Source of the DNA: Eledone cirrhosa
Taxonomy: Eukaryota
Reading direction: 5' to 3'
Assembly: GCA_964016885.1 (NCBI GenBank)
Contig: OZ024764.1
Coordinates: forward strand, 8,432,001-8,496,000
Length of the DNA stretch: 64,000 nt
The position numbers and the translations under genes are program-made. This document shows positions 1 to 13,231 of the stretch, in pieces; within the stretch, counting starts at the first letter, position 1, and each line of letters opens with the position of its first letter. Under the pieces are notes generated by a model. It was not told the origin of the DNA. It worked only from the letters and a program-made list of their open reading frames with translations, and did no database searches.

Positions 1-117
1 TTAGTTATTGATGCACTGGAGCAAGACATATTGTCTTTAATGCGTAGACATGTCCGTGATCTCCAGCTGATGAAAGGGAAATTATCTCCCAGTCGTGCTT
101 TCCTCCTATTTATAAAT

Positions 118-151
<34 letters not shown>

Positions 152-342
152 GCTTGCTTCATTTTTTTGGCTTAGGTGGCCGATGGCTTATTGATCGCCA
201 TCTCAGTTTGTTTGGCCCCTATAACCTATGTTTATTGCTCTGGTCTTTTTTTAGTCCATGGAGCGCTTGCCGCATAACTCGGATATTGCGTTTCGCTTTG
301 TTTTCGACCACTGCCGAAATTCGATCTAGCTGAAATTATACT

Positions 343-410
<68 letters not shown>

Positions 411-601
411 TTCACTCACGAGGGGAGCAAAAAAAGGCATTCTTTGGCTACAGGAAAAGGGAGGGAAGAAGATACTTTTGTTTAAAGGGGACTTTTTAAA
501 AATATTTTTCGGAATAATTTTTTTGTCTCGCTTTCTAAACTTTTTATTCTATATCACAATCTTGTGAGTATATATATATATAAAGTTTTCAAACACACAT
601 G

Positions 602-678
602 TATTGGGTCGTCAAGTATGAAATTTGTAGAAATTTGTTGTTATTTTTGCTACAAATTTCATACTTGACGACCCAATA
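602..678. mobile_element. Tiny mariner/Tc1-like MITE (near-perfect ~28-bp TIRs)
   Basis: TATTGGGTCGTCAAGTATGAAATTTGTAG...CTACAAATTTCATACTTGACGACCCAATA, with TA at both ends. Confidence 0.65.
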
Positions 679-909
679 TATACATATATATGTACACGTA
701 TTATTTTTTCCTAGACAGTAATCTTGTGAACAAATATCGTCCTACCTTGTATATATACATACGTACAGGTGTAAACACACGTATATAGTATATATACACA
801 TTTATACATACACATTCAGTGGTGAAGAATGTTCCAGTAGTTTATCGAATGGAAATACTTGCTCCTAAATGTAAGTGGCTGAGCATTCCATGGGCACTCG
901 TGTGTGTGG

Positions 910-977
<68 letters not shown>

Positions 978-1001
978 TCCCCATTTTTTGGGGACTCCCT
1001 G

Positions 1002-1034
<33 letters not shown>

Positions 1035-1409
1035 ATATATATATATATGTATGTATGTATGTATATACATGTCTCACAATGGGACAACTCGTCTAACCCA
1101 TGCTAGCATGGAAAATGAATGTTAAACAGCGACGGCAATGAAATATATATATACACACACACACACAGATATTTGTGTGTATGTATATATAGACACACAC
1201 ATATACATAAATAAAATATAAGTTAATGCAATGTTATGTTGCTGTTGTTGTTGTTGACAATAATGACCAAAAAGGGACTTATGATGTAACTCCCTCACAC
1301 CACCACCACCGATAGATCAACTGACCAACAGATCAATCAACCAATACCTAATCAAAGGACAACTGACCAAGCAACCCTAAAAAAAAACAAAAAAAACAAA
1401 AAAACAAAG

Positions 1410-2130
1410 GACCGATCCCCTGAAGATGTCTTCCTGACCGATGGATGGCCAAATGGCCTCGGACCGGTGGGTGGAGAGGGTGAATAACAAGCCCGGGGCT
1501 AGGGTTGGAGAATGAGGTCAGTGCTGGTAGAAGTTCTGCAACTGGAATCCTACAAAGGACCGATCACCTGAAGATGTCTTACTGACCGCTGGATGGCCGG
1601 ACAGCCTCGGACCGGAGGGTGGGTGGGTGAATAACAGGCCTGGGGCCAGGGCTTGGGCACGAGATCAGTGCTGGTGGAAGTTCTGTAGATTCCTTACTGC
1701 CCGATGGATAGCCGGACGGCCCTAAACTGAGGGCAGTTTGGTAAAGGACAGGGCAGGGGAAGGACAATGAGGTCAGTGCTGGTAGAAGTTCTGTGACTGG
1801 AATCCTACAAAGGACTGATCACTTGAAGGTGACTTACTGACCGATAGAAGGCTGGACGGCCCTAAAATCAGGGCGGTGGGTGAGTAAGTGGGGGGTGGGG
1901 GGTGGGACGATGAGATCAGTGCTGGTAGAAGTTCTGTGACTGGAATCCTACAAAGGACTGATCACTTGAAGGTGACTTACTGACCGATAGATAGCTAGAT
2001 GGCCCTAAGATCAGGGCGGTGGGTGGGTAAGTGGGTGGGGAGTGGGGGTTTAGAGGAGTGGGCAGAGGGCGTGAGGGGTGAACGATGAGATCAGTGCTGG
2101 TAGAAGTTCTGCGACTGGAACCCCAGTCCC
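1410..2130 (-). repeat. Degenerate tandem duplications (~110-175 bp) of the RSRC2 stop-codon region in the 3' UTR
   Basis: tcagtgctggtagaagttctg recurs near 1518, 1664, 1773, 1916 and 2091. Confidence 0.8.
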
Positions 2131-2531
2131 ACCCCCCGGTGCGTGTGTGTGGTCATCCGAGCAAACTCGTATTCCTTGTCCAGCCGGCTGAACAGCTCCT
2201 CCTGCTGCTTCTTGCGGTCCTCACTGCTCGTGGTGGAGCCGCCACCACCAGCACCACCACCACCGCCACCACCACCTCTTCCACCTCCACCACCACCGCC
2301 ACCACCGTAGGCTCCACTGTGGTAGATATACCCTCCTGCTACTGCTGATGACGTCGACGACAGCTGCGGCGCTGCTGCTGCTGCCGCCGCCGCTGCTGCC
2401 ATCTGGTGGCCGTCACCACCACCTCCACCTCCTTCCTCAGGCTTCATGCCCATCAGTTTGCGAAACTTTGCTGCCATTTTGCCATCCTGGTCCGTTGAGA
2501 AATGGGTACCCTCCCACTGGTTTTCAGGGCC
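2091..2531 (-). CDS. RSRC2: RSRC2-like terminal exon 9, SMAP domain (WEGTHF...KFRKLMGMK...LDKEYEFARMTTHTHRGVGLGF), with Gly/Ala-rich insertion
   Basis: tttttccag|GGC acceptor, TGA at 2091-2093. SMAP/RSRC2 C-terminal motifs KFRKLMG and THTxRGxGLGF. Confidence 0.95.
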   Translation of the reverse strand, partial: GPENQWEGTHFSTDQDGKMAAKFRKLMGMKPEEGGGGGGDGHQMAAAAAAAAAAPQLSSTSSAVAGGYIYHSGAYGGGGGGGGGRGGGGGGGGAGGGGSTTSSEDRKKQQEELFSRLDKEYEFARMTTHTHRGVGLGFQSQNFYQH

Positions 2532-2753
2532 CTGGAAAAAAAAAAAAAGGAAAAGAAAAAATGAAAGTTTATAGCTCACACTTATGTAGGTTTAGTGAAG
2601 CCCTTTACATTTTCTCTGGGGGTTTAATGACAGGACACCCCAGTTCTATCATGTTGTTGTTACAGTTTACACCTACGTAGGTTAAGCTGGCCTAGTGTTT
2701 CAATAATAAGGACCCCGGTCCTATTATGTTGTTGTTGTTGTTGTTACAGTTCA

Positions 2754-3240
2754 CACCTATGAAGGTCTAGATCACCTCCTCTGCAGGTTTAGCTGGTCAC
2801 CTATGAAGGTCTAGATCACCTCCTCTGTAGGTTTAGCTGGTCACCTATGAAGGTCTAGATCACCTCCTCTGTAGGTTTAGCTGGTCACCTATGAAGGTCT
2901 AGATCAGCTCCTCTGTAGGTTTAGCTGGTCACCTATGAAGGTCTAGATCACCTCCTCTGTAGGTCTAGCTGGTCACCTATGAAGGTCTAGATCACCTCCT
3001 CTGTAGGTTTAGCTGGTCACCTATGAAGGTCTAGATCACCTCCTCTGTAGGTTTAGCTGGTCACCTATGAAGGTCTAGATCAGCTCCTCTGTAGGTTTAG
3101 CTGGTCACCTATGAAGGTCTAGATCACCTCCTCTGTAGGTCTAGCTGGTCACCTATGAAGGTCTAGATCACCTCCTCTGTAGGTTTAGCTGGTCACCTAT
3201 GAAGGTCTAGATCACCTCCTCTGTAAATATAGCTGGTCTC
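2754..3240. repeat. 44-bp minisatellite (~11 units)
   Basis: Unit cacctatgaaggtctagatcacctcctctgtaggtttagctggt. Confidence 0.95.
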
Positions 3241-4134
3241 CTATGTAAGGTTTACTCAGCTCTCGGAATGTTTTGAGATATCACTGGTGTCAAGCTGTAC
3301 CAGCCTTTGCCTTCCTATTGGACATCATTGGTGGCATAGAGAGGAGAGACCAGTATGCATGGGTGACTTCTGGTCTTCCACAAACAACCTTGCTCGGACA
3401 TGTGCCTCGGAGGGACATTTTTTAAAGTGCAAAAACCAACGGCCATTTGTGACTGAAGGAGGTTTCTTCTTATGTAGGTTTAACTCTAGTGTTTTAATGA
3501 TAAGGACCCCAGTCCTATCATGTTACAGCTCACACCTATGTAGGTTTAGCTGGCCTCCTACAAGGTTGTATCTCACAGTAGGTTTCTTGGGTGTTTTAAT
3601 GAAAGGGAACTCAATCCTAACATGTTGTTACAGCTCACACTTATGTCTAATGACTGAAACTAACATAGGAACAGAATAAGGCAGTGCCCCAGCATGGCCA
3701 CAACAAAAACTATAGCTACAAGGAAGAAGTCCTTTCTCTCCACGGCCCACATAAAGTACATTTAGGGGTTACTATCATCATCATCCTCACCGTTTAACAT
3801 CCATTTTTCCATGCTAGCATGGGTTAGACAAGTTGTCCAGATGTGAGCTAAGCCAAAATCAAAATGTCACTATCACCTCCACAATAAAAACTGTAATGAC
3901 AAGGACAAAGTCCCTTCTGTACTGCTCTCACAATACATTGAGGGGGTCACTACTAACTATCTTCACAATAAAAACTGCAATGACAAGGACAAAGCCCTTT
4001 CTTTGTTGCCCACACAAAATATATAATATACAGGCCTTACTATATACCCCTTATCAAAACAAACCACCACCCTAACATCCCCACTGCCCACAAAAGATAC
4101 ACAGACGGCTCACTAAATAACTCTTATCAAAACA

Positions 4135-5610
4135 TAAGTAGTGAAAGAGTCACTTGCCGGGAAGAAAAACTTAACCTCCCATCTCTAACAACAATGGAGC
4201 TAAAGGCAAGCGAGACTGTCCCCTGGAGCAGATACAGACTATGCTGTGTGGAAATGCCTAAACAGACTAACATCTGGTGTTGGATGTGCAAAAGTCACTC
4301 TTGAAAAATGGGGATATTTAAAGGATGGGCTGTTGTACGTGACTGCGGCATCAAGCCACAGACTACACAGCACCTCCTGGAACACCCCTGCACAACATTG
4401 AACTTGGCAGAGTTTAATGAGAAACGACAGCAATGTGTTCAGCTGAGGTGGAACCACATCTAGCCAAGCTTTCTAACCGACACTCTTGTGGACACAACAA
4501 GACGACTCATTTATTCCTAGATATATATAGTGTATATATATAATGTTGTATGTATGTGTATACATATATATATAGTGGTGTCTTGTCTGTCTGTTGGTTA
4601 GTGTGGTGTATATATATATAGTGGCTTTACTCTAAAGGATGGGGACGTTGTGTCTGTGACTGCGACTACACAGCATCTCCTGATATGTCCCCTGCTAGAA
4701 CACCCCTGCACAGGATTGGACTTGGCAAAGTTTAATGAGAAAGGACAGCAATGTGTTCAGCTGAGGTGGAACCACATCTAGCCAAGCTCTGTAACTGACA
4801 TTCTTGTGGACACAACAAGAAGAAGACTCTCGTTTATTCTTGGATATATGTAGTGTATATATAATGTTGTATATGTTGTATATAGTGTGGTATATTATAT
4901 GAGGACAGCAATGTGTTCAGCTGTGGTGGAACCACATCTAGCCAAGCTCTGTAACTGACATTCTTGTGGACACAACAAGAAGAAGACTCTCGTTTATTCT
5001 TGGATATATGTAGTGTATATATAATGTTGTATATGTTGTATATAGTGTGGTATATTATATGAGGACAGCAATGTGTTCAGCTGTGGTGGAACCACATCTA
5101 GCCAAGCTCTGTAACTGACATTCTTGTGGACACAACAAGAAGAAGACTCTCGTTTATTCTTGGATATATGTAGTGTATATATAATGTTGTATATGTTGTA
5201 TATAGTGTGGTATATTATATGAGGACAGCAATGTGTTCAGCTGAGGTGGAACCACATCTAGCCAAGCTCTGTAACTGACATTCTTGTGGACACAACAAGA
5301 AGAAGACTCTCGTTTATTCTTGGATATATGTAGTGTATATATAATGTTGTATATGTTGTATATAGAGTGGTATATTATATGAGGACAGCAATGTGTTCAG
5401 CTGTGGTGGAACCACATCTAGCCAAGCTCTGTTAACTGACATTCTTGTGGACACAACAAGAAGAAGACTCTCGTTTATTCTTGGATATATGTAGTGTATA
5501 TATAATGTTGTATATGTTGTATATAGTGTGGTATATTATATGAGGACAGCAATGTGTTCAGCTGTGGTGGAACCACATCTGGCCAAGCTCTGTAGCTGAC
5601 GCTCTTGTGA
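4135..5610. repeat. Interspersed repeat (second copy at ~57595-58090) whose distal part is amplified as a 160-bp tandem array (4740-5600)
   Basis: ggacagcaatgtgttcagc at 4743, 4903, 5063, 5223, 5383 and 5544. Shared start aagtagtgaaagagtcac at ~4136 and ~57597. Confidence 0.85.
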
Positions 5611-5681
5611 ACACAAAAATCATCATCATCATCGTTTAACGTCCATCTTCCATGCTAGCATGGGTTAGACAAAAGTATTAA

Positions 5682-5752
5682 TACATCGGCCGGGAATCGA
5701 ACCCGGGCCGCCCGTGTGGCAGTCGAGCATTCTACCACTGGACCATCGATCA
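5682..5752 (-). pseudogene. tRNA-Gly(GCC) pseudogene in the last RSRC2 intron
   Basis: Minus strand reads ATCGATGGTCCAGTGGTAGAATGCTCGACTGCCACACGGGCGGCCCGGGTTCGATTCCCGGCCGATGT, close to metazoan tRNA-Gly-GCC. There are mismatches in the acceptor, D and anticodon stems; the T arm/B box is intact. Confidence 0.85.
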
Positions 5753-6235
5753 AAACATTACCCAGGTCATCACAATAATAGCTGTAACCGCAAGGACCAA
5801 ATGCTATCATTATTCCTGCACAACAACATCAATGTTAGCAACTATTAGTTTGTTGGTGAATAAATAAAAATATACAAATGTTCATGTGCAGAAAGAACAA
5901 AGCAGAAGTTACCAAGACCAGATCAAAACATGGTCACACCCAAGGGGACCAAGTGCTGGTCACATGAAATATACTGAGAGGTCACTAACAAAACCACACC
6001 AGATCAAACATGGTCATACCCACAATAAAAATTACACCTCCAAGGACCAAGTGCTGCTAGTGGTCCCACTAAATACGCAGAGGTTAATAACCAAAAACCA
6101 CAGCAGATCAGATCAATATATGGTCATCTCCATGGACCGAATCCTGTTGGTGGTCACACCAAATACACCGAGAGGCCACATCGGACCAATAAAAACTATA
6201 CATCAAATATCAAACACTTTGAGGGGGTCACTAAC

Positions 6236-6364
6236 CTTTTCCTTGTCCTTAGGAGGACGCGCCCATAGTAATTTTCTCTTCTGAACCTGTTCAGCATATT
6301 TCAAAGGGTTCACAGCAGCAGGGTTGTAGTATTTGGGGACAGCAATACCAGTCATTTCCTGGGC
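6236..6364 (-). CDS. RSRC2: RSRC2-like exon 8 (AQEMTGIAVPKYYNPAAVNPLKYAEQVQKRKLLW...)
   Basis: tttcag|GCC, AAG|gttagt. 129 nt. Matches the conserved RSRC2 motif TGIAVPxYYNPAAVNPxKxAEQxxKRKxLW. Confidence 0.95.
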
Positions 6365-7150
6365 CTGAAATAGATAAGCAAATATAGAACAATCAGGCCA
6401 CAGTAATAAGTTTCTGATTTAGACACAAGGATAACAATTTGCGGGAGGGGAAAGTTGATAATATCGACCCTAGTGCGTTACATCCTCATCATCACCGTCC
6501 ATGCTTCTAGGTTAGCATGGGTTGTCCTGTGGGCAATCCCAGGACAGGTCAGGTGACCTTGTCTTGCTTGTACAGAACTGATTTGGGCTAGATTTCTACA
6601 GCTGGATACCCTTCCTAACACCAACCTCATTTACAGTGAGTGCTGGGTGTGGTTCATTGTAGCACCAGCACTAGAGAGGCTGTCATGCACTTGATGACAG
6701 TGAAGGGCCCTCTCAACCTTTCGTCCAGTACATTTTCTATGGCCGGATGATCTTTCCTTGGTCTTTCCATTACTGATACTATCTGTCAGTCACAACTCCT
6801 GACAGAAGAAAGGAGCTGATCATCAGATCAGACCAAGGAAACAATGTCTCCATTGGTCTTTCCATTACTGATACTATCTGTCTGTCACAACTCCTGGCAG
6901 AAGAAAGGAGCTGATCATCAGATCAGACCAAGGAAACAATGTCTCCATTGGTCTTTCCATTACTGATACTATCTGTCAGTCACAACTCCTGGCAGAAGAA
7001 AGGAGCTGATCATCAGATCAGACCAAGGAAACAATGTTTCCTTGATCTTTCCATTGCTGATAATATGTGTCAGTCACAACTCCTGGCAGAGTGAAGAGAA
7101 AGGATTGAATTTTAAAATATAGGGAGCTTGATCAGTTATAGAATACCTAC

Positions 7151-7254
7151 CTTCTTGTGCATTGCAGCCATAGTTTGAAGTAGGGCCATCTGTGGAGTCA
7201 CTGTGGCGTTCTGTATTGTTGTATTCAAGCTGCTGGGAGGCTCTGTAGATGGCT
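7151..7254 (-). CDS. RSRC2: RSRC2-like exon 7 (EPSTEPP...VTPQMALLQTMAAMHKK)
   Basis: ttctatag|AG, AAG|gtaggt. 104 nt, phase 1->0. Resembles the VTPQIAMAAQMAAL segment of vertebrate RSRC2 (from memory). Confidence 0.9.
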
Positions 7255-7957
7255 CTATAGAAAGAAAAAATAAAATATATTCAGCTCACCCATATGTAGG
7301 AAATATGGTAACAAAGGGTTCCTATTAAAATTAAAACCATCCTACATAATTTTATACGAGTTCCATATGTTAAGTTACCATCTTAGTAATGAAATAATTT
7401 TAGTAAATCTCTCAAAATTCTTCATTGCTTTTTGTGGCGACACCTACACAACCACTTTACAGTGTGGACTGGGAGTCTTTTTTCCTGTCTCCCACACGAC
7501 CACTTTACAGTGTGGACTGGGAGCCTTTTTACTGTGTCTCCTACACGACCACTTTACAGTGTGGACTGGGTGCCTTTTGTCGTGACACCTACACAACCAC
7601 TTTACAGTGTGGACTGGGTGCTTTTTGTCATGACACCTACACAACCTCTTTAGTGTGGACTGGGTGTTCTGTGGCACCAACATAAGTTTTCAGAGAAAGG
7701 GTGGTGTTGGTGGGAGTGGGAGGATGAAGTAGAGGTAGTGGCTTGGCGGTGTATATTTGGTTAAGAGGTGCGTACTGACTGTAGGTTTAACTTTGTATGT
7801 AGGGAAGGCAGGTCTTCTGTATTACTGCATTGGGGCCAAAGATCTCGATCCAGTGTCATTGTCTTAGTGAGGTGTAAATTTGCAAGGTGGGATTTTATCA
7901 TGTCAGATTTTAAATATGATAATGAAACAGTTAAACTCTAAATTTCCTGGTCCTTAC

Positions 7958-8333
7958 CTTTTTTTTCTTCAATAAATTCACTCAAAGATCCATTTGACTC
8001 TGTCCACATTTTACTGGCCTTGCGGAGGCCCTGTCTGATCTGCTCCTTGAAATTCATGGGTTTCTCTTTGTTGCGCGACAACATGCTGTCCCTGTGGTCA
8101 CGTCGCATGTGATCCCTCGAGCCGCCAGCTCGGTGCATCTCTCTCTCCCTGCTCCTCTCGCGACTTCTCTCTCGACTCCTGTCACGGCTCTTCCGTCTCG
8201 ATGACGAAGGCGGGCTGCTACGCTCCTTGTAGTAGTCCCTCCCGCGGGTGCTTCGTCCGAACCTGTCTCTGGACCTCGACCTCCGGCGGTCCTTTGACCT
8301 GTATTGATCTCGTGAACGACGTCGATGTTTATT
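7958..8333 (-). CDS. RSRC2: RSRC2-like exon 6 (NKHRRRSRD...SRERSRER...FKEQIRQGLRKA...EEKK)
   Basis: tttccag|AAT, AAAG|gtaagg. 376 nt, phase 0->1, RS/RE-rich. Confidence 0.9.
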
Positions 8334-8379
8334 CTGGAAATAAATAAAAGAAGAGTCTAGAGAAAAAGAAAAAAAAAGT

Positions 8380-11300
8380 AAAGGAGCTGATCATCAGATC
8401 AGACCAAGGAAACAGTGTTTCCATTGGTCTTTCCATTACTGATACTATCTGTCAGTCACAACTCCTGGCAGAAGAAAGGACCTGATCATCAGATCAGACC
8501 AAGGAAACAATGTTTCCATTGGTCTTTCCATTACTGATACTATCTGTCAGTCACAACTCCTGGCAGAAGAAAGGAGCTGATCATCAGATCAGACCAAGGA
8601 AACAATGTTTCTATTGGTCTTTCCATTACTGATACTATCTGTCAGTCACAACTCCTGGCAGAAGAAAGGAGCTGATCATCAGATCAGACCAAGGAAACAA
8701 TGTCTCCATTGGTCTTTCCATTACTGATACTATCTGTCAGTCACAACTCCTGGCAGAAGAAAGGAGCTGATCATCAGATCAGACCAAGGAAACAATGTTT
8801 CCATTGGTCTTTCCATTACTGATACTATCTGTCAGTCACAACTCCTGGCAGAAGAAAGGAGCTGATAGTCAGATCAGACCAAGGAAACAATGTTTCCATT
8901 ACTGATACTATCTGTCAGTCACAACACTTTCCATTCCTGTATGAGCAAGGCATGGTCAGCCGACCAGACACTGCCCACAACAGGACAACCCGTCTAACCC
9001 ATGCTAGCGTGGAAGAACGGACGTAAAACGGTGATGATGATGATGATGCTTACTGATACTATCTGTCAGTCACAACTCTTGGCAGAAGAAAGGAGCCGAT
9101 CATCAGATCAGACCAAGGAAACAATGTTTTCATTGGTCTTTCCATTACTGATACTGTCTGTCAGTCACAACTCCTGGCAGAAGAAAGGAGCTGATCATCA
9201 GATCAGACCAAGGAAACAATGTCTCTATTGGTCTTTCCATTACTGATACTATCTGTCAGTCACAACTCCTGGCAGAAGAAAGGAGCTGCTCATCAGATCA
9301 GACCAAGGAAACAATGCCTCCATTGGTCTTTCCATTACTGATACTATCTGTCTGTCACAACTCCTGACAGAAGAAAGGAGCTGATCATCAGATCAGACCA
9401 AGGAAACAATGTCTCCATTGGTCTTTCCATTACTGATACTATCTGTCAGTCACAACTCCTGGCAGAAGAAAGGAGCTGATCATCAGATCAGACCAAGGAA
9501 ACAGTGTTTCCATTGGTCTTTCCATTACTGATACTATCTGTCAGTCACAACTCCTGGCAGAAGAAAGGAGCTGATCATCAGATCAGACCAAGGAAACAGT
9601 GTTTCCATTGGTCTTTCCATTACTGATACTATCTGTCAGTCACAACTCCTGGCAGAAGAAAGGAGCTGATCATCAGATCAGACCAAGGAAACAATGTTTC
9701 TATTGGTCTTTCCATTACTGATACTATCTGTCAGTCACAACTCCTGGCAGAAGAAAGGAGCTGATCATCAGATCAGACCAAGGAAACAATGTTTCTATTG
9801 GTCTTTCCATTACTGATACTATCTGTCAGTTACAACTCCTGGCAGAAGAAAGGAGCTGCTCATCAGATCAGACCAAGGAAACAATGTTTCCATTGGTCTT
9901 TCCATTACTGATACTATCTGTCAGTCACAACTCCTGGCAGAAGAAAGGAGCTGATCATCAGATCAGACCAAGGAAACAATGTCTCCATTGGTCTTTCCAT
10001 TACTGATACTATCTGTCAGTCACAACTCCTGGCAGAAGAAAGGAGCTGATCATCAGATCAGACCAAGGAAACAATGTCTCCATTGGTCTTTCCATTACTG
10101 ATACTATCTGTCAGTCACAACTCCTGGCAGAAGAAAGGAGCTGATCATCAGATCAGACCAAGGAAACAATGTCTCCATTGGTCTTTCCATTACTGATACT
10201 ATCTGTCAGTCACAACTCCTGACAGAAGAAAGGACCTGATCATCAGATCAGACCAAGGAAACAATGTCTCCATTGGTCTTTCCATTACTGATACTATCTG
10301 TCAGTTACAACTCCTGGCAGAAGAAAGGAGCTGATCATCAGATCAGACCAAGGAAACAATGTTTCTATTGGTCTTTCCATTACTGATACTATCTGTCAGT
10401 CACAACTCCTGGCAGAAGAAAGGAGCTGATCATCAGATCAGACCAAGGAAACAATGTTTCTATTGGTCTTTCCATTACTGATACTATCTGTCAGTTACAA
10501 CTCCTGGCAGAAGAAAGGAGCTGCTCATCAGATCAGACCAAGGAAACAATGTTTCTATTGGTCTTTCCATTACTGATACTATCTGTCAGTCACAACTCCT
10601 GGCAGAAGAAAGGAGCTGATCATCAGATCAGACCAAGGAAACAATGTCTCCATTGGTCTTTCCATTACTGATACTATCTGTCAGTTACAACTCCTGGCAG
10701 AAGAAAGGAGCTGATCATCAGATCAGACCAAGGAAACAATGTCTCCATTGGTCTTTCCATTACTGATACTATCTGTCAGTCACAACTCCTGGCAGAAGAA
10801 AGGAGCTGATCATCAGATCAGACCAAGGAAACAATGTCTCCATTGGTCTTTCCATTACTGATACAATCTGTCAGTCACAACACCTAACAGAAGAAAGGAG
10901 CTGATCATCAGATCAGACCAAGGAAACAATGTTTCTATTGGTCTTTCCATTACTGATACTATCTGTCAGTCACAACTCCTGGCAGAAGAAAGGAGCTGAT
11001 AGTCAGATCAGACCAAGGAAACAATGTTTCCATTACTGATACTATCTGTCAGTCACAACACTTTCCATTCCTGTATGAGCAAGGCATGGTCAGCCGACCA
11101 GACACTGCCCACAACAGGACAACCCGTCTAACCCATGCTAGCGTGGAAGAACGGACGTAAAACGGTGATGATGATGATGATGCTTACTGATACTATCTGT
11201 CAGTCACAACTCTTGGCAGAAGAAAGGAGCCGATTATCAGATCAGACCAAGGAAACAATGTTTTCATTGGTCTTTCCATTACTGATACTGTCTGTCAGTC

Positions 11301-12860
11301 ACAACTCCTGGCAGAAGAAAGGAGCTGATCATCAGATCAGACCAAGGAAACAATGTTTCCACTGGTCTTTCCATTACTGATACTATCTGTCAGTCACAAC
11401 TCCTGGCAGAAGAAAGGAGCTGATCATCAAATCAGACCAAGGAAACAATGTTTCCATTGGTCTTTCCATTACTGATACTATCTGTCAGTCACAACACCTG
11501 GCAGAAGAAAGGAGCTGATCATCAGATCAGACCAAGGAAACAATGTCTCCATTGGTCTTTCCATTACTGATACTATCTGTCAGTCACAACGCCTGACAGA
11601 AGAAAGGAGCTGATCATCAGATCAGACCAAGGAAACAATGTCTCCATTGGTCTTTCCATTACTGATACTATCTGTCAGTCACAACTCCTGACAGAAGAAA
11701 GGACCTGATCATCAGATCAGACCAAGGAAACAATGTTTCCATCGGTCTTTCCATTACTGATACTATCTGTCAGTCACAACTCCTGGCAGAAGAAAGGACC
11801 TGATCATCAGATCAGACCAAGGAAACAATGTTTCCATCGGTCTTTCCATTACTGATACTATCTGTCAGTCACAACTCCTGGCAGAAGAAAGGAGCTGATC
11901 ATCAGATCAGACCAAGGAAACAATGTTTCCATCGGTCTTTCCATTACTGATACTATCTGTCAGTCACAACTCCTGGCAGAAGAAAGGAACTGATCATCAG
12001 ATCAGACCAAGGAAACAATGTTTCTATTGGTCTTTCCATTACTGATACTATCTGTCAGTCACAACTCCTGGCAGAAGAAAGGAGCTGATCATCAGATCAG
12101 ACCAAGAAAACAATGTTTCTATTGGTCTTTCCATTACTGATACTATCTGTCAGTCACAACTCCTGACAGAAGAAAGGAGCTGATCATCAGATCAGACCAA
12201 GGAAACAATGTTTCTATTGGTCTTTCCATTACTGATACTATCTGTCAGTCACAACTCCTGACAGAAGAAAGGAGCTGATCATCAGATCAGACCAAGGAAA
12301 CAATGTCTCCATTGGTCTTTCCATTACTGATACTATCTGTCAGTCACAACTCCTGACAGAAGAAAGGACCTGATCATCAGATCAGACCAAGGAAACAATG
12401 TTTCCATCGGTCTTTCCATTACTGATACTATCTGTCAGTCACAACTCCTGGCAGAAGAAAGGACCTGATCATCAGATCAGACCAAGGAAACAATGTTTCC
12501 ATCGGTCTTTCCATTACTGATACTATCTGTCAGTCACAACTCCTGGCAGAAGAAAGGAGCTGATCATCAGATCAGACCAAGGAAACAATGTTTCTATTGG
12601 TCTTTCCATTACTGATACTATCTGTCAGTCACAACTCCTGACAGAAGAAAGGACCTGATCATCAGATCAGACCAAGGAAACAATGTCTCCATTGGTCTTT
12701 CCATTACTGATACTATCTGTCAGTCACAACACCTGGCAGAAGAAAGGAGCCGATCATCAGATCAGACCAAGGAAACAATGTTTCCATTGGTCTTTCCATT
12801 ACTGATACTATCTGTCAGTCACAACTCCTGGCAGAAGAAAGGAGCCGATCATCAGATCCA
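8380..12860. repeat. 95-bp minisatellite (~45 units) in an RSRC2 intron, with two SINE-tail interruptions; smaller copy at 6750-7090
   Basis: agaccaagg at 8401, 8496, 8591 and onward. Confidence 0.95.
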
Positions 12861-12986
12861 GCCAGGTCAATTGAAGACAGTTGCATCAGATAAGACCTGC
12901 TGGAAGGAGTGTTTGAGGAATCTGTCCTCACAACCCTCTCAGGAATAAGTAGAGGTTGTACTATACACCCAAATAGTACAACTTAC

Positions 12987-13157
12987 CTTTTTGTGAGGTG
13001 ATCGGGATCTTCGATAACGGTGGCTTCTTGAGTGTGACCGTGACTTCGATCTATGGCTGTGTTTCCTACGCCGGTGGCGAGAACTACGAGATGACCTGTG
13101 AGGGGTCCGGGACTTGGACCTTGAACGACTTCTTGACTGAGATCGCGACTTTTGAGT
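12987..13157 (-). CDS. RSRC2: RSRC2-like exon 5 (RS domain TQKSRSQSRSRSRS...SPHKK)
   Basis: gtttcag|ACT, AAG|gtaagt. 171 nt, RS dipeptide repeats. Confidence 0.9.
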
Positions 13158-13231
13158 CTGAAACACACAAAAGAGAATATCATAAAGACCAGTCAATTTA
13201 TACACACTCACACGTCAGTTCATACAAACAG

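Noticed and set aside
60-110. CTGATGA words at ~67 and ~24462 as hammerheads
   Set aside because: There is no downstream GAAA, stem III or stem I partner at a workable distance; at most these are truncated remnants.
8380-12860. CRISPR-like regular repeats (also the 48-bp and 104-bp arrays)
   Set aside because: There are no unique spacers and no cas genes, and the context is eukaryotic intron.
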